A program made the translations under genes and the position numbers. Source: a virus (taxonomy: Duplodnaviria > Caudoviricetes). From it: a stretch of 53,142 nt of DNA. The DNA lies in IMG/VR virus record IMGVR_UViG_3300034682_000455, positions 1-53,142 of that record, one strand, 5' to 3'. Shown piece by piece: positions 1 to 9,859 of the stretch. Under the pieces are notes generated by a model. It saw only the letters and a program-made list of their open reading frames with translations, was not told where the DNA came from and did no database searches. How positions within the stretch are numbered: position 1 is the first letter of the stretch; every line of letters starts with the position of its first letter.

Positions 1-1101
1 TCAACGGAGCGGCTTCACCTTTTTCCCGATCTTGTGGCGGATGTAATGGGCTGTCATGCCCTCCGTCGTGTGTCCTAGCAGGGCCTGAGCCTCACGGATG
101 CCAGAGCTGTCATCGACGGCAGTTGCTGCTGTAGCGCGAAGGTCTCGGAACTGGAACTCTGCCTTGGGAATGCCTGCCGCTTCTCTGGCTTCGTCAAAGC
201 GGTCGCGCAGCATGTGCTTGGTCAGGGTGTGGCCTGACTCATTGACCAGTAGAGACAACGCTCGCACCTTGAATTGCGCCTTGTAGGCTTGGATTTCCGA
301 CAGCAGCTCGGAAAGCTCGCCGCTGATTTCAATGCGCAGCTTGGCCGCAGTCTTGCCCTGGCGCACATGAAGCAGTCCCTGTGAGATATGGCTCTCGCTC
401 ATGCGCAACACATCTGCTGGTCTTTGGCCTGTCAGGTGGGCCAGCCGCAAAGCGAACTGCAGCGGTGCAGATGCGTGCTCCATGATCCTAGCCAGCATTT
501 CATCGCTGACCACTACATCGCGGCCTTGCTCTTTGAATCCGCGGATGCCTGAGCATGGGTTGCTTGCTTTGGTCAGCCCTTGTTCGCGCGCGAAGTTCCA
601 CATGTGGGAGAACAGAGCTTTCTCTCGGTTGGCTCTGACTTGGCCGATGTTTGCTGGAATATCCGATTTGGGCCGTCCTGAGGCCACACGCTCGGCATTT
701 TTGGCTTCTGCCTGCTTGCGTGCTTCAGCAGTCCTCCAGTCCATGTACTGGCGCACGTGAAGGGGCTCGATGCTGTCGAGCGGTGCAGGAGGATCGCCAA
801 AGAATTTAAGCAGCCATTCCAGTTCTTTTTCGTTGTCGGAGCGTGTGCGTACAGCCTTGGTAGGAAAGACCTTGGCTTTGTACTGCACGGCGAGTTCAAC
901 GAAATTGCTGAGGCTGCCGGCTTCGCGCTGGGCAGTGGTCAGCTCAGCCCACTTCTGAATGGCAACAACATAATCCGAACCCAGTGCAATCTCCTTGCGC
1001 GGCTTGCCACCAGTATCGAGGTAGTAGTGGATCTTTTGCCCGCGCTCACGCGCGCGCATGCCCTTTGGTAGGTTTGCCCATCGGCTCGGTTTTCGGCCCA
1101 T
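1..1101 (-). CDS. int: Phage integrase, tyrosine recombinase
   Basis: TGQRPADV (catalytic R), FRDLRATA, LLGH...MTAHY (catalytic Y). Confidence 0.96.
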   Translation of the reverse strand: MGRKPSRWANLPKGMRARERGQKIHYYLDTGGKPRKEIALGSDYVVAIQKWAELTTAQREAGSLSNFVELAVQYKAKVFPTKAVRTRSDNEKELEWLLKFFGDPPAPLDSIEPLHVRQYMDWRTAEARKQAEAKNAERVASGRPKSDIPANIGQVRANREKALFSHMWNFAREQGLTKASNPCSGIRGFKEQGRDVVVSDEMLARIMEHASAPLQFALRLAHLTGQRPADVLRMSESHISQGLLHVRQGKTAAKLRIEISGELSELLSEIQAYKAQFKVRALSLLVNESGHTLTKHMLRDRFDEAREAAGIPKAEFQFRDLRATAATAVDDSSGIREAQALLGHTTEGMTAHYIRHKIGKKVKPLR

Positions 1102-1102
1102 T

Positions 1103-1321
1103 TCAGTTCACCCCCACAACTCTTGGTGACCACCGTGCGGTTTCTGGCTTTGGCGGTTCTTCTTTCCGGCCTTCAACGACACCGCGAGTCACAACTGGGT
1201 GGCCAGTGGCGTTGACGCGAAATGGTATTCCCATGGATCGCAGTTGCTCAATTTGGCGGGATTTGTGCTTTCGTCCAGTAAGCACTTTGAGCTCATCCTC
1301 ATGCAGGAATAGATTGCTCAT
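1103..1321 (-). CDS. Excisionase-like protein (DUF4224-type)
   Basis: 72 aa, LTGRK...Q.EQLRSMGIPF...G.PVV pattern, directly upstream of int. Confidence 0.8.
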   Translation of the reverse strand: MSNLFLHEDELKVLTGRKHKSRQIEQLRSMGIPFRVNATGHPVVTRGVVEGRKEEPPKPETARWSPRVVGVN

Positions 1322-1422
1322 AAGGAAATCTCCATTAAAAAGCCCCGCTCAGTGGCGGGGCTGGGGTTGGTGCTTTTCTTCGTCGCGCTGCTTGCGCGCT
1401 TTGCGTATGTCGCGTTTGCGGG

Positions 1423-1566
1423 TCATGTGTGATTCCTTCTCTTGCAAAATGAAAACTTCACCAAACAAAAGTCGTTATTCGCAGGATCCTGTTTGTAGGC
1501 AAGAAGAAGTAGCCTGGGCCATCTAGCTTTTACTTGGCGAAGTCTTGCTTGCTGCTTCTTGGTCAT
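1423..1566 (-). CDS. Small hypothetical protein (47 aa, MTKKQQARLRQ...)
   Basis: Read by hand; ATGA overlaps at both ends; AT-richer than neighbours. Confidence 0.4.
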   Translation of the reverse strand: MTKKQQARLRQVKARWPRLLLLAYKQDPANNDFCLVKFSFCKRRNHT

Positions 1567-2213
1567 GCGCTTCGCTCCTGATGCCCATGTGCGCCCAGCG
1601 CATCCATCCCCTGCGCTGCTGGCTGGGTGGCGGCAAATGGGTCTGGCTGCGCGGCGTCAATCGCCTCCAGGCGATCACGGGCTGCGCCATACATGCGCCT
1701 CAACGTGGAGATCGATGTGTGCATGGCTTCGTAGTGGCTGCGCACCTCAAACTCAACGTCATTCACCACTGCTGCCGGCAATTCCAAGCGCAATGCGTTC
1801 AACACACTCTGCAAACGCTCTGGCAGCTTCCCATCCCACTCGCTGGCCTGCGCTGGCACTCCCTCTGCGGGGTGCGCGGGGGCTGCAGCGAGCATGGCGG
1901 TATAGCGCGCTGCAATCCCGGCACGCTCCAAAAGAATTGGCCGAAGCTCTGGTGCTAATCCAGCTACGGCATCTACTTCGCCCTCTGACATGATCGCGCC
2001 TACCATTGCTTCCGTTGGCTTTGCCGGCACCATCTGCCATCCATCTGGAACGGCGGGCTGCACTGCCTGCGGTGCTGCTACCTGCTTGCGCAGCGGCTCC
2101 ACGCCACCGGCGCCGATGGCCTCCAGCTGGGATTCCAGCTCGGCAATGCGCGCAGCCTGCGCAGCCAGCAGGTCATCTTTGCTTGCGAATTGGCTCATTG
2201 TTAAATCTGTCAT
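1563..2213 (-). CDS. Hypothetical phage early protein (Ea22/DUF551-like accessory type)
   Basis: Start reassigned to MTDLTM after a GGAG RBS; VPDGWQMVP..PT.AM and Y.AMLAAAP motifs typical of lambdoid accessory proteins. Confidence 0.7.
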   Translation of the reverse strand: MTDLTMSQFASKDDLLAAQAARIAELESQLEAIGAGGVEPLRKQVAAPQAVQPAVPDGWQMVPAKPTEAMVGAIMSEGEVDAVAGLAPELRPILLERAGIAARYTAMLAAAPAHPAEGVPAQASEWDGKLPERLQSVLNALRLELPAAVVNDVEFEVRSHYEAMHTSISTLRRMYGAARDRLEAIDAAQPDPFAATQPAAQGMDALGAHGHQERSA

Positions 2214-2230
2214 GGTGGTGTTCTCCGTGG

Positions 2231-2347
2231 TCAATGCCCGCAGGGCAGGCCTTCGCCCTCGGCGGGCTCTTGGTGGACAGGTGCGCCGCAGCTGCCGCAG
2301 CGCTTGATGGGGGTGGGCTGCTGGCCCTGGATGGGTGGTGTGCTCAT
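2231..2347 (-). CDS. Small Cys-rich hypothetical protein (38 aa)
   Basis: GGAG RBS; CGSCG...LPCGH putative Zn ligands. Confidence 0.55.
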   Translation of the reverse strand: MSTPPIQGQQPTPIKRCGSCGAPVHQEPAEGEGLPCGH

Positions 2348-2403
2348 GTGCGCTCCAAAAAGGAAAGCCCGCTGACGCGGGCTGGGGTTGTTGTTTGCTC
2401 GAG

Positions 2404-3264
2404 CTAGATCTCCAGCGCCCGCTGAAAAGCGGGTGGCGCTGCCAGGCGTTGCTGGCAGGCGGCGTTGATCCACAGGACTTCTGTTTTGACGGCAGTGCCG
2501 CGGCCGGCAGAGATGCGGCTGCCAGTGGTGTGCGCCTGCCAATCCGCCAATTCACGCTCGTACAGTTCGGAGGCATAGCCGCACAGAACGACCATGCCCT
2601 GCAGGTTCTTCAGCACACCCAGCAGTTCCATGTGCTGCTCGTCGGTCATCTCGTGCCGGTAGCAGCCTTGCACCACATTGCGCTGTGAGCGTGTTCCAAA
2701 GACGTAGGGCGGATCCACAAAGTGCAACGTATCTGGCGTGTCGTGCTGCTGCATGACCTCGATCGCAGGCCTGTTCTCGATAAGCACCCCTTGCAGGCGC
2801 TCGATGACGGCAGGAAGCTGGCCAGGGTATCGAGTCCAGAGGTGCTGGGCCGTGCCATAGAGCCGGGCCGTGTCAATGCGAAAGCCCGTCACCCCCTTGG
2901 TGGCGCCGGCTGACCCGAAGCCCATACCTGCACGCACCGCTGTGCGCCGTGCGCGCTCAACAGGATCGGTGCAGTCCTCATAGGACAGATCGAACTCAGC
3001 TCGTGCATAAGGCGTGAGGTGCAGCAACTGGATAAGCTGTTCTGCTTGCTCTGGATCGCGCAGCACGCGAAAGAAGTTCGCTATGTCGTCGTCCAAGTCG
3101 TTGTAGACCTCGGCGTAGGCGCGTGGTTTCTGGAGCAGCACACCGGCCGCTCCACCGAACGGCTCGACATAGACCCGATGGTCTGGGAAAAACTGCATCA
3201 CCCAAGGCGCCAGCCTGAATTTGGCGCCGTGGTAGCGAAGGGCGGGGGATTCGACTTTCGTCAT
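2404..3264 (-). CDS. DNA adenine methyltransferase (Dam/D12 class)
   Basis: LRYHGAK, YVEPFGG (motif I), YNDLD, FVDPPY (motif IV). Confidence 0.94.
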   Translation of the reverse strand: MTKVESPALRYHGAKFRLAPWVMQFFPDHRVYVEPFGGAAGVLLQKPRAYAEVYNDLDDDIANFFRVLRDPEQAEQLIQLLHLTPYARAEFDLSYEDCTDPVERARRTAVRAGMGFGSAGATKGVTGFRIDTARLYGTAQHLWTRYPGQLPAVIERLQGVLIENRPAIEVMQQHDTPDTLHFVDPPYVFGTRSQRNVVQGCYRHEMTDEQHMELLGVLKNLQGMVVLCGYASELYERELADWQAHTTGSRISAGRGTAVKTEVLWINAACQQRLAAPPAFQRALEI

Positions 3265-3311
3265 CAAGCCTCCAGAAAGAAGAAAGCCCACCGTGGTGGT
3301 GGGCTGGTTGA

Positions 3312-3467
3312 TCAGGCTGCGTACAGCAGCGCCTCATGTCGAAAGTTCGACCGCACCAGGGCGGCGGCCACCGGCGGAGGGACGCTGTTGCCGACCATCC
3401 GCACCTGGGCGGTGGTCGAGAGGGCGATGCGTGGCAGGTCCAGCGGATTGCCGGGGGGCTGCTTGTT
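3312..3467 (-). pseudogene. C-terminal remnant of a C5-cytosine DNA methyltransferase
   Basis: Hand translation NKQPPGNPLDLPRIALSTTAQVRMVGNSVPPPVAAALVRSNFRHEALLYAA*; Q...GNSVPP is motif X of C5-MTases; no start codon of its own at the 5' end. Confidence 0.75.
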
Positions 3468-3953
3468 TCATGCCTTTGCCTTCCGTGGCCGCTGCTTGCC
3501 GGTCATGGGTTTCCCGCGGCAGAGAGGCCGCGATACGGCGAGCTCCATAGAGGCGCCGGCCTTGAGACGGCGCCAAAGGGTGCCGGTCTGCATTCCATAA
3601 ATCTCTGCCCATTCCGCGATGGCCAGCGACTTGCCCTGGAACTCGATCAGCACGTTGTTCGCTCGGTTACGGGCCTGCTGCTTTGGCGTTGCCCACACGC
3701 AGTTCTCCGGTGCATAGGGGCCATTGCCGTCAAGCCGCTCAATGGACATGCCCACCGGTGCTGGTCCCATGTCCTGCAGGAACATCTGGAAGTCGGACCA
3801 GCGCAGGCATACAGCAACGCCAAGCGCGCCGTAGCGCTGGTAGCTGACATGCATAGGGTTGGAGCACCGGGCACGCATGCCGCGCCAGATTGATCTGGTG
3901 CGCTTAATCGCGTGGCCCAGGTCCAGGCCAAGGGTGAAGTTGTCACGTTTCAT
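3468..3953 (-). CDS. HNH-type (homing) endonuclease with C-terminal DNA-binding domain
   Basis: W.GMRARC.NP...Y.RYG..GVAVC.RW..F..FL.DMG..P.GMSIERLD.NGPY.PENC.WAT..QQARN signature. Confidence 0.88.
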   Translation of the reverse strand: MKRDNFTLGLDLGHAIKRTRSIWRGMRARCSNPMHVSYQRYGALGVAVCLRWSDFQMFLQDMGPAPVGMSIERLDGNGPYAPENCVWATPKQQARNRANNVLIEFQGKSLAIAEWAEIYGMQTGTLWRRLKAGASMELAVSRPLCRGKPMTGKQRPRKAKA

Positions 3954-4077
3954 GGGCGTCCAGAAAGAAAAAAGCCCGCGTTGGGCGGGCTGTTGGCGAA
4001 ATTTGACCGCAGTCGATATCAACTGCGTGTGTGATCAACTGGTGTTTGCACATCCCGTGCACAGACAAAGGACGGAA

Positions 4078-4290
4078 ATGACTTCACGCACATCCATCAC
4101 AGTTAAGTCAGAAAGCGGTGCCGTGTTTAAGCTCAAGAGGACGGTTGATTTGGTTCCAGCTCAGCCGAGAGGCGCAAAGGCTCAACAGCTGAAACCAATC
4201 CGCTATGAACTCGAATCGGGAGAGCCGGTAGAGGAGATCGGCGTGAACAAATGGAGGCACCCCATAAGCGGTGAAGAGCTGCACCTGTAA
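4078..4290 (+). CDS. Hypothetical protein (70 aa), antisense to the early-left operon
   Basis: AAGGA RBS before ATG 4078; fills the gap between minus-strand genes. Confidence 0.55.
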   Translation: MTSRTSITVKSESGAVFKLKRTVDLVPAQPRGAKAQQLKPIRYELESGEPVEEIGVNKWRHPISGEELHL

Positions 4291-4339
4291 GCTGCTTTGC
4301 TTTTCAGACCGCTGCATGTTGGGCGCGTAGACTTCGTCC

Positions 4340-4600
4340 ATGGCCAACATCTACGACTCCATGGTCAGTGCCCTGCGTGAGCACTGGAAGGCGAACGACA
4401 ACGCATACCCCCAGCGGTTTGAGCTGACCCAGGTCACGCTGGAAGCGCTGGTGGCTGCGCGAAAGCTGGTCAACGACACCATGAACTTCAAGAAGTACCC
4501 TGGCTGGGAGCAGGAGTTCCTGGGCGTGCCGCTGGTGCTGTCGACCGAGGGGGACGCCATGATTGCCAAGGACGGCACGCGCGTTCCGCTCAGCGCTTGA
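4340..4600 (+). CDS. Hypothetical protein (86 aa)
   Basis: Globular-looking sequence with host-like codon usage; TAGACT 7 nt upstream of ATG. Confidence 0.65.
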   Translation: MANIYDSMVSALREHWKANDNAYPQRFELTQVTLEALVAARKLVNDTMNFKKYPGWEQEFLGVPLVLSTEGDAMIAKDGTRVPLSA

Positions 4601-4955
4601 TCGGCTGCTTGGCGCTGGCAGGCTCTGGCACGGCCACAAGCCAGACGCGGCCCAATTTATCCTTGCACGCCGGGTAGTGGCTGGCTGCCTGCACGGCCAG
4701 GTTCTTCTTGCGCTTGCGCTTGATCCAGTGGCGTAGAGCGTTGCCGATCGCGCCGGTGTGCTCGGGCTCGCACTTGATGCACTGGCCGGGCTTCATGGAC
4801 TCAAACAGCTCGTCGTAGCGGCCAGGGCCCATGCTGCGCTTTTGTGGCGGTGGATCGTCGGCAACCTCCAGGTCTTCGATGTGGATGGTGGAGCGCTGAA
4901 CGCTCTTGGCCCGCGGCTTGGTGGTGTTGAAAGGGTCGTTTGCTTTGGCAAGCAT
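4590..4955 (-). CDS. Hypothetical phage protein (121 aa)
   Basis: GGAG RBS; codon usage. Confidence 0.7.
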   Translation of the reverse strand: MLAKANDPFNTTKPRAKSVQRSTIHIEDLEVADDPPPQKRSMGPGRYDELFESMKPGQCIKCEPEHTGAIGNALRHWIKRKRKKNLAVQAASHYPACKDKLGRVWLVAVPEPASAKQPIKR

Positions 4956-5064
4956 GGGTGTATCTCCATCAGAAAAATCAGGACAGAGCCCCTAGGGCCC
5001 TGTGCTGATTGCTCTCAAAAGAGAAGCCCGCACGTGGCGGGCTTGGTGGTGGTGCGTGAACGGA

Positions 5065-5934
5065 TCAGGTTGTTTCCTGGCCCACGGGAAGCTGGGACAC
5101 GATTTCAAAGCTGGCCTTGTCGGTCTCGTCGTCAAGCGCCGTGATCTTGATGATCAGCAGCAAACCCGATTCGGTTTCGATGTCCAGCTCCTCGCCAACC
5201 TGCAGCGGGCTTTCAGCGCCCGTCGCTTCCAGCAGGTCATCGATGCTGTCGAACTTCTCTTCATCACAGCCGCGTGACCAGACCTGGCCCATGGCTGCAG
5301 CAGCGAAAGCGTCTTCCGGGGATTGGCCGTCCTCTTCCAGTTCACGCTGGTTGGGATCCTTGCCAGCAGCAGGCTGTGTGTCGGGCTTGCCAGCGCGGTA
5401 TCCCTTCTTGGCCACCTGGGCCGTGGCCGGTGCCAGCAGCTTGATGAAGATGGGTTCTTCCGAGGCCAGGCCCGACAGCTCACCGTAGAGGATGTTGTCC
5501 TGCAGCTCCTCGCCGTTGTACTGGATGGTGCCTTTGACCTCGACGCTGCCACCTTCGAAGATTTCGTACTGCAGGTTGGCCAGCACCGCGTCCTGGAAGT
5601 CCACGTAGTCGTCCTGTGTGCCGAAGTCCCACACAAAGCGGTAGCCCCGCAGCTTCAGGCCCTTCTGGTAGTGGTACGTGGTGGGCAGGTTGGGCTGACG
5701 CAGGTTGGGCAGAGGAATCAGCTCGTCGGGAAGCAAAGATTCTTGCTGGGCGTCTGCCGCATGGTTGCAGAAGTGGTGTTCACGCAAGCCGGCCTGGATC
5801 AGGTCGAGCAGCTTGTTGTCGCCCTTGAGGATGAAGGCCAGATCAATGGCGCGTACTTTCTCCTCGCCGTGCAGTTCCCGGCGGGGGTTGGCGTTGGTGA
5901 TCGTGACCTGGGTGGGCTCTACGAGTTGGAACAT
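5065..5934 (-). CDS. Hypothetical phage protein (289 aa, acidic C-terminus)
   Basis: AAGGA RBS; long ORF in operon orientation. Confidence 0.8.
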   Translation of the reverse strand: MFQLVEPTQVTITNANPRRELHGEEKVRAIDLAFILKGDNKLLDLIQAGLREHHFCNHAADAQQESLLPDELIPLPNLRQPNLPTTYHYQKGLKLRGYRFVWDFGTQDDYVDFQDAVLANLQYEIFEGGSVEVKGTIQYNGEELQDNILYGELSGLASEEPIFIKLLAPATAQVAKKGYRAGKPDTQPAAGKDPNQRELEEDGQSPEDAFAAAAMGQVWSRGCDEEKFDSIDDLLEATGAESPLQVGEELDIETESGLLLIIKITALDDETDKASFEIVSQLPVGQETT

Positions 5935-6009
5935 TCGGCGGTTTCCTTTAGGAATTAAAAAAGCCTGCTGGTTAGAGCAGGCTTGCAGTCGTTGCTACGT
6001 TTTTCGCTG

Positions 6010-6282
6010 TCAGTTCAGCGCATCCTTCAGGGCCTTGCCCGGGGAGAACTTGGGCACACGCGCTGCAGCGATCTTGACGGGCTCGCCGGTGCGGGGGTTC
6101 CGGCCGGTACGCGCCGCGCGCTTGCTCACCTCAAAGGTGCCGAAGCCCGTCAGCTGGACCTTGCCACCCTTCTTCAGCGTTTGGCGCACAGCGGAGAGCG
6201 TGGCCTCCAAGGCGCGGGCGGCACCCATCTTGGACAGGTCGGCGTTATGGGCAATGTGCTCAATCAGTTCGGTTTTGTTCAC
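6010..6282 (-). CDS. hup: HU-family nucleoid-associated DNA-binding protein
   Basis: MNKTELI...GFGTF...R.GRNP.TGE..KI.A..VPKF.PGK.LKDALN. Confidence 0.96.
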   Translation of the reverse strand: MNKTELIEHIAHNADLSKMGAARALEATLSAVRQTLKKGGKVQLTGFGTFEVSKRAARTGRNPRTGEPVKIAAARVPKFSPGKALKDALN

Positions 6283-6343
6283 GGTTTTCTCCTGTTGAAA
6301 AAAGGGAAAGCGCCCACTATGTGTGCGCTGGTTGCTATTGTTT

Positions 6344-8158
6344 TTAGGCGGCGACTGCCTGGAGTTCGTCCGCCAGCTTGCGGTAGCCCATGGACAGCAG
6401 CAGCATCAGGCGGCGTGCGTTGGCGCTGGCGATCTGCACCGCGGCGCGCTCTTTGGTGAACGGGATCCCGTGGTGTTCCAGCGTGGCTGCGCTGATCTTG
6501 CCCAGGCCCATGCTTTCCATGCGGGCGTTCAACTGGCCCAGTGTCATGGTCTGGCCGTCGTCGGCAGCAGCACTGGTCTGCGCCGCGGCGATGGCCTGCT
6601 GCGCATCGATGCCGGCCACGTCCTCGACGGCCTTGTCCTGCACCAGGCCGGCCAGGTCCTGCGCCACCGGTGCTGCTAGCGTACCGGCCTGCTGTGCCTT
6701 GGCAATCTCTGCCTGCTCCTGCTGGGCCTGCTGCTGGATGCGCAGGCGCTCCTGTTCCGCTTCCTGCTGGGCTTTGGCCGCCGCCTCGAGCTCCAGGCGC
6801 GCGGCTTCCTCGGCGCGGATGCGCTCGCGCTCCTTGTCCAGGCGCGCGGCCTCGGCCTGCTTGTGGTTGCCGATGCGCAGGGAGGCCAGGGCCTGGAAGT
6901 CTTCTTCCGCCTTGGCGCCGACGGTGGAGAAGTCCGCGAAGAGGGCGATCCAGTCGCCATCTTCTTGCACCAGGTGCTCGCGGTTGACCTCCAGGCGGTA
7001 GGCCTGCTGATTGGCATCGTGCTTGGCATTGGTCAGGGCCACGGCCACCTTGTCGCGCATGCTGTCCAGCGACTTCAGGCCCTTGATCGTTTCCGCAAAT
7101 CCACCCGCAATACGAGGCAGCCAGTTGGCGCCCAGGCGCTGGTTCAGTGCTTGCACGTGCTGGTCAAGCTGCGCTTGTGCACCAGTCACGATCTCTGTGC
7201 GGCGGGCCTCCTTCTCTGCAGCCACCAGCTTTTCTGTGGCCAGCCGGGTGGTGCGCGCCAGGTTCTTCAGGTCGGCCACGGTGCGGCGCATCAATTCCAC
7301 ATCGCTGATCTGGGCCAGTGCACCATCTTCAGCGGCGGCCAGGGCCTCCTCGGCCTTCTTCAGAGCCTTGGCCGCAGCCTCCGCATCGGCAAACTCTTGG
7401 TCGGTCGCTGGCTTGGCAGGGATGCGGGCAATGAACTGGCGCAGCGCATCGCCAAAGGCATCCAGATTGCCGCCCACTGTCAGAGCACCGTTCACCTGAA
7501 CCACCACAGCGGGCAGGCTTTCAACCGGCGCGGCCACGGCTGGGGCAGGGCGTTCGGCGGTAGGGTCGTAGGCCTCGACCTCCTTGGCCAGCTGCAGCCA
7601 GCCTTCCTTGATCTTGGCGCGCAGGTCCGGGTTGGGCGTGTACCAGCAGTACCGCATCTCGATCAGATCGCCGCCGGGGCCCCACTCGCTGGTCATGAAA
7701 AGGATGCGCTTGCAGCCGGACACCATGGCCTGGTGCTCCATCTGCACCTGATACATCAGCGGCAAGTCGGCGCCCGTGCAGCCTTCCAGCATGACCTCTC
7801 GCAGGGTGTTGTTCAGCGTCTTGTGCTCGAACGCGGCATCGTGCATGAAGGTCAGACCGTCGAAGCTGGCCGACCACATGCCGTTGACACCCACGCATGG
7901 CGACAGTGGTTCGCTGATGATCTCCTCGGCCAGGGGGCGGGCCAGGGCTTCAAAGCGGTGACCATCGTCGAAGCGGCGCTGCGTGGCTGGATCCACTTCA
8001 CCAGTCAGGCCCGTGGCCAACTCCTTGATCAGCTGCGAGCGGCTTTTGTAGCTGCTGCAGCCCATCATGGCCGGCGCATCGCTGGCATTGAAGTGATGGG
8101 CGCGGTGGGCGTGCCACTCGGGACTGCCCTGGACGAGGGATACGGTTTGCATGCTCAT
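6344..8158 (-). CDS. YqaJ/lambda-exonuclease-family recombination nuclease with coiled-coil tail
   Basis: [37 protein letters not shown] motifs. Confidence 0.9.
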   Translation of the reverse strand: MSMQTVSLVQGSPEWHAHRAHHFNASDAPAMMGCSSYKSRSQLIKELATGLTGEVDPATQRRFDDGHRFEALARPLAEEIISEPLSPCVGVNGMWSASFDGLTFMHDAAFEHKTLNNTLREVMLEGCTGADLPLMYQVQMEHQAMVSGCKRILFMTSEWGPGGDLIEMRYCWYTPNPDLRAKIKEGWLQLAKEVEAYDPTAERPAPAVAAPVESLPAVVVQVNGALTVGGNLDAFGDALRQFIARIPAKPATDQEFADAEAAAKALKKAEEALAAAEDGALAQISDVELMRRTVADLKNLARTTRLATEKLVAAEKEARRTEIVTGAQAQLDQHVQALNQRLGANWLPRIAGGFAETIKGLKSLDSMRDKVAVALTNAKHDANQQAYRLEVNREHLVQEDGDWIALFADFSTVGAKAEEDFQALASLRIGNHKQAEAARLDKERERIRAEEAARLELEAAAKAQQEAEQERLRIQQQAQQEQAEIAKAQQAGTLAAPVAQDLAGLVQDKAVEDVAGIDAQQAIAAAQTSAAADDGQTMTLGQLNARMESMGLGKISAATLEHHGIPFTKERAAVQIASANARRLMLLLSMGYRKLADELQAVAA

Positions 8159-9384
8159 GCTGCTTGCTCCAGTTCCGCCAGCTTGGCGTCAAAAATTGCG
8201 GTCAGTCGGTCGTGCTCGGCGTCGTCGGCGATGGCCTCGATCAGGCTGCCTAGCTCATACAGGCGGTCGATGTCGGTACAGGCCTTGATGTCGGCCTCCA
8301 GCTTGGCCGGCACCACCACGGGCGCGCCGTCATTTGGGTCTTCGCCGGTCTTGAGCGAGGCGGGGGCCATCTCCTTGACCGCTGCGTCCAGCTGCTCGAT
8401 CTGCGCGGCGGTAAGGGGCGCGATGGCGTTCAGCCAGCCCAGGGTTTCATCGCGGGTCTTGACGCCATCGGCGATGGCCTTGGCCCAGGCGTTCATGCCA
8501 GCATCGAATCGGGCCTGGTCGAAGGTGGTTGGAACCATCTCAGCCTCGCCCATGCTCTTGGGCACGGCCTGGGTGCCAGCATGGATGACGTTGCCGGCGG
8601 GATCCTGGACAAAAACGTCCTGTACCTCCTCGGCGGTGGGCAGCCCCATCAGCAGTTCGGGTGCGTAGATGCGCCCAAAAAATGCTGCGGTGCGGTATTG
8701 CAGCATCAGGTCGGGCATGGAGCGCCACTTGCTTCCGTTCTTCCCGTACCAACCTTCGTTTACGGCCATTTCCATGGTGACCGGCGGAGATTCCAGAATA
8801 GGTATGCCGTAGTGTTTGCAGCAGCCATAGATGCTGCCGTGGGCCTTCATGTCATCCAGGCTGAACTGGGGAATGGCCGTGCCTCGTTCTATGGTCCAGG
8901 CTACGCAGCGGGCATCCTTGATGCGGACTTCGTGCTTTTTCTCCTGCTTCACACGCCTGCCGTTTCCTCCGGTAACCCACTCGAAGGTGGAGTATGTGGC
9001 GTCGATCTCGGCTAGCCACTTGAGTTCGAAGCGCAAAGGGGAGAAGCGGCCGCAGCTGTTGATGGCAGCAATGATGAACTGGCTCGACCAGCTGGGGCGC
9101 CCTTCAATGATGTGAAGGTTCTGCATCACCATCAGCGGATTGGCTCGCAGACGCTGCGACATATCCAGAGCGATCATGCAGTTCGGTATTGCGGCCGGAT
9201 TGTCTTCCCAGGTGCTGTTCTCGCCGTAGCCTTTTTGGACACGCGCCTGATAAGCCGCGGGCACCATCGTGCTGCTGGCAAAGGCCTTGGCGCTGCGCTG
9301 CAGGAATTCAAAGCTGGCCAAATCGCCAAAGCCCATGGTGACGGGGAGGGCCGACGTTTCGGCCTGGGTGGTGACTGCATTCAT
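8155..9384 (-). CDS. RecT/Red-beta-like single-strand annealing protein
   Basis: NPLMVMQNLHII.GRPSW and KW.SMPDLMLQYR.AAFFGR.YAPE motifs; coupled to the exonuclease; start moved to MNAVTT. Confidence 0.75.
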   Translation of the reverse strand: MNAVTTQAETSALPVTMGFGDLASFEFLQRSAKAFASSTMVPAAYQARVQKGYGENSTWEDNPAAIPNCMIALDMSQRLRANPLMVMQNLHIIEGRPSWSSQFIIAAINSCGRFSPLRFELKWLAEIDATYSTFEWVTGGNGRRVKQEKKHEVRIKDARCVAWTIERGTAIPQFSLDDMKAHGSIYGCCKHYGIPILESPPVTMEMAVNEGWYGKNGSKWRSMPDLMLQYRTAAFFGRIYAPELLMGLPTAEEVQDVFVQDPAGNVIHAGTQAVPKSMGEAEMVPTTFDQARFDAGMNAWAKAIADGVKTRDETLGWLNAIAPLTAAQIEQLDAAVKEMAPASLKTGEDPNDGAPVVVPAKLEADIKACTDIDRLYELGSLIEAIADDAEHDRLTAIFDAKLAELEQAA

Positions 9385-9581
9385 GCAAACCTCACTTGGT
9401 GGTTGTTTTTGCGAACGACGGGAAGCCGCTTGGGCTTTTTGGCTGGCTGCCCCAGGTGCCACCAGCCGCAGGCGGTGCACTTGTAGGCAGTCATGGGATG
9501 GCTGTGGGAGGCGCTGGATTTGCGGGCCAGCTTCTGGGCGCGCTCGTAGTCCAGAGGCTGCTTGCCGGTGGGGCAGCTCAT
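9381..9581 (-). CDS. Small Zn-finger-like hypothetical protein (66 aa)
   Basis: CPTGK...AYKCTACGWWHL; ATGA overlaps. Confidence 0.7.
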   Translation of the reverse strand: MSCPTGKQPLDYERAQKLARKSSASHSHPMTAYKCTACGWWHLGQPAKKPKRLPVVRKNNHQVRFA

Positions 9582-9715
9582 GTGCAGCTGGAGATAACGC
9601 CAGCACAGGCAGTGCTGATGCACACGGTGGCTACCCACCAGAAGAAAGCCCGCACAGTGGCGGGCTTCATGGGGCGTTTGCGCGGCAGGCGCTGGAGCGG
9701 GATGGGTGGGGTCAT
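9578..9715 (-). CDS. Small protein with hydrophobic C-terminus (45 aa)
   Basis: Hand translation MTPPIPLQRLPRKRPMKPATVRAFFWWVATVCISTACAGVISSCT; ATGA overlaps at both ends. Confidence 0.5.
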   Translation of the reverse strand: MTPPIPLQRLPRKRPMKPATVRAFFWWVATVCISTACAGVISSCT

Positions 9716-9846
9716 GCATGCTCCTTGCGAAGCACCACCACGGCCATGGCCTTGGGGAAGCGCTCCAGTGCATCGGCGTGCGCCGCATCGTTGCTGGGGA
9801 AGATGCCGTGGTACTGGGTGCCGGCCACCTTGATCAGAAATCGCAT
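9712..9846 (-). CDS. Small hypothetical protein (44 aa, MRFLIKVAG...)
   Basis: AAGGAG RBS; ATGA overlap. Confidence 0.55.
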   Translation of the reverse strand: MRFLIKVAGTQYHGIFPSNDAAHADALERFPKAMAVVVLRKEHA

Positions 9847-9859
9847 GCTGTCGTCTCCT

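Noticed and set aside
4924-4947. GGGTCGTTTGC core resembling the 24-nt cargo element
   Set aside because: Lies inside a coding region and lacks the GnCnGC arm and arm complementarity; probably chance, and a reminder that the motif is degenerate
4976-5010. Inverted repeat centred on CCCTAGGG, similar to the late box
   Set aside because: No -10-like hexamer at +35, lies in the early-left region, and is better explained as an RNA hairpin
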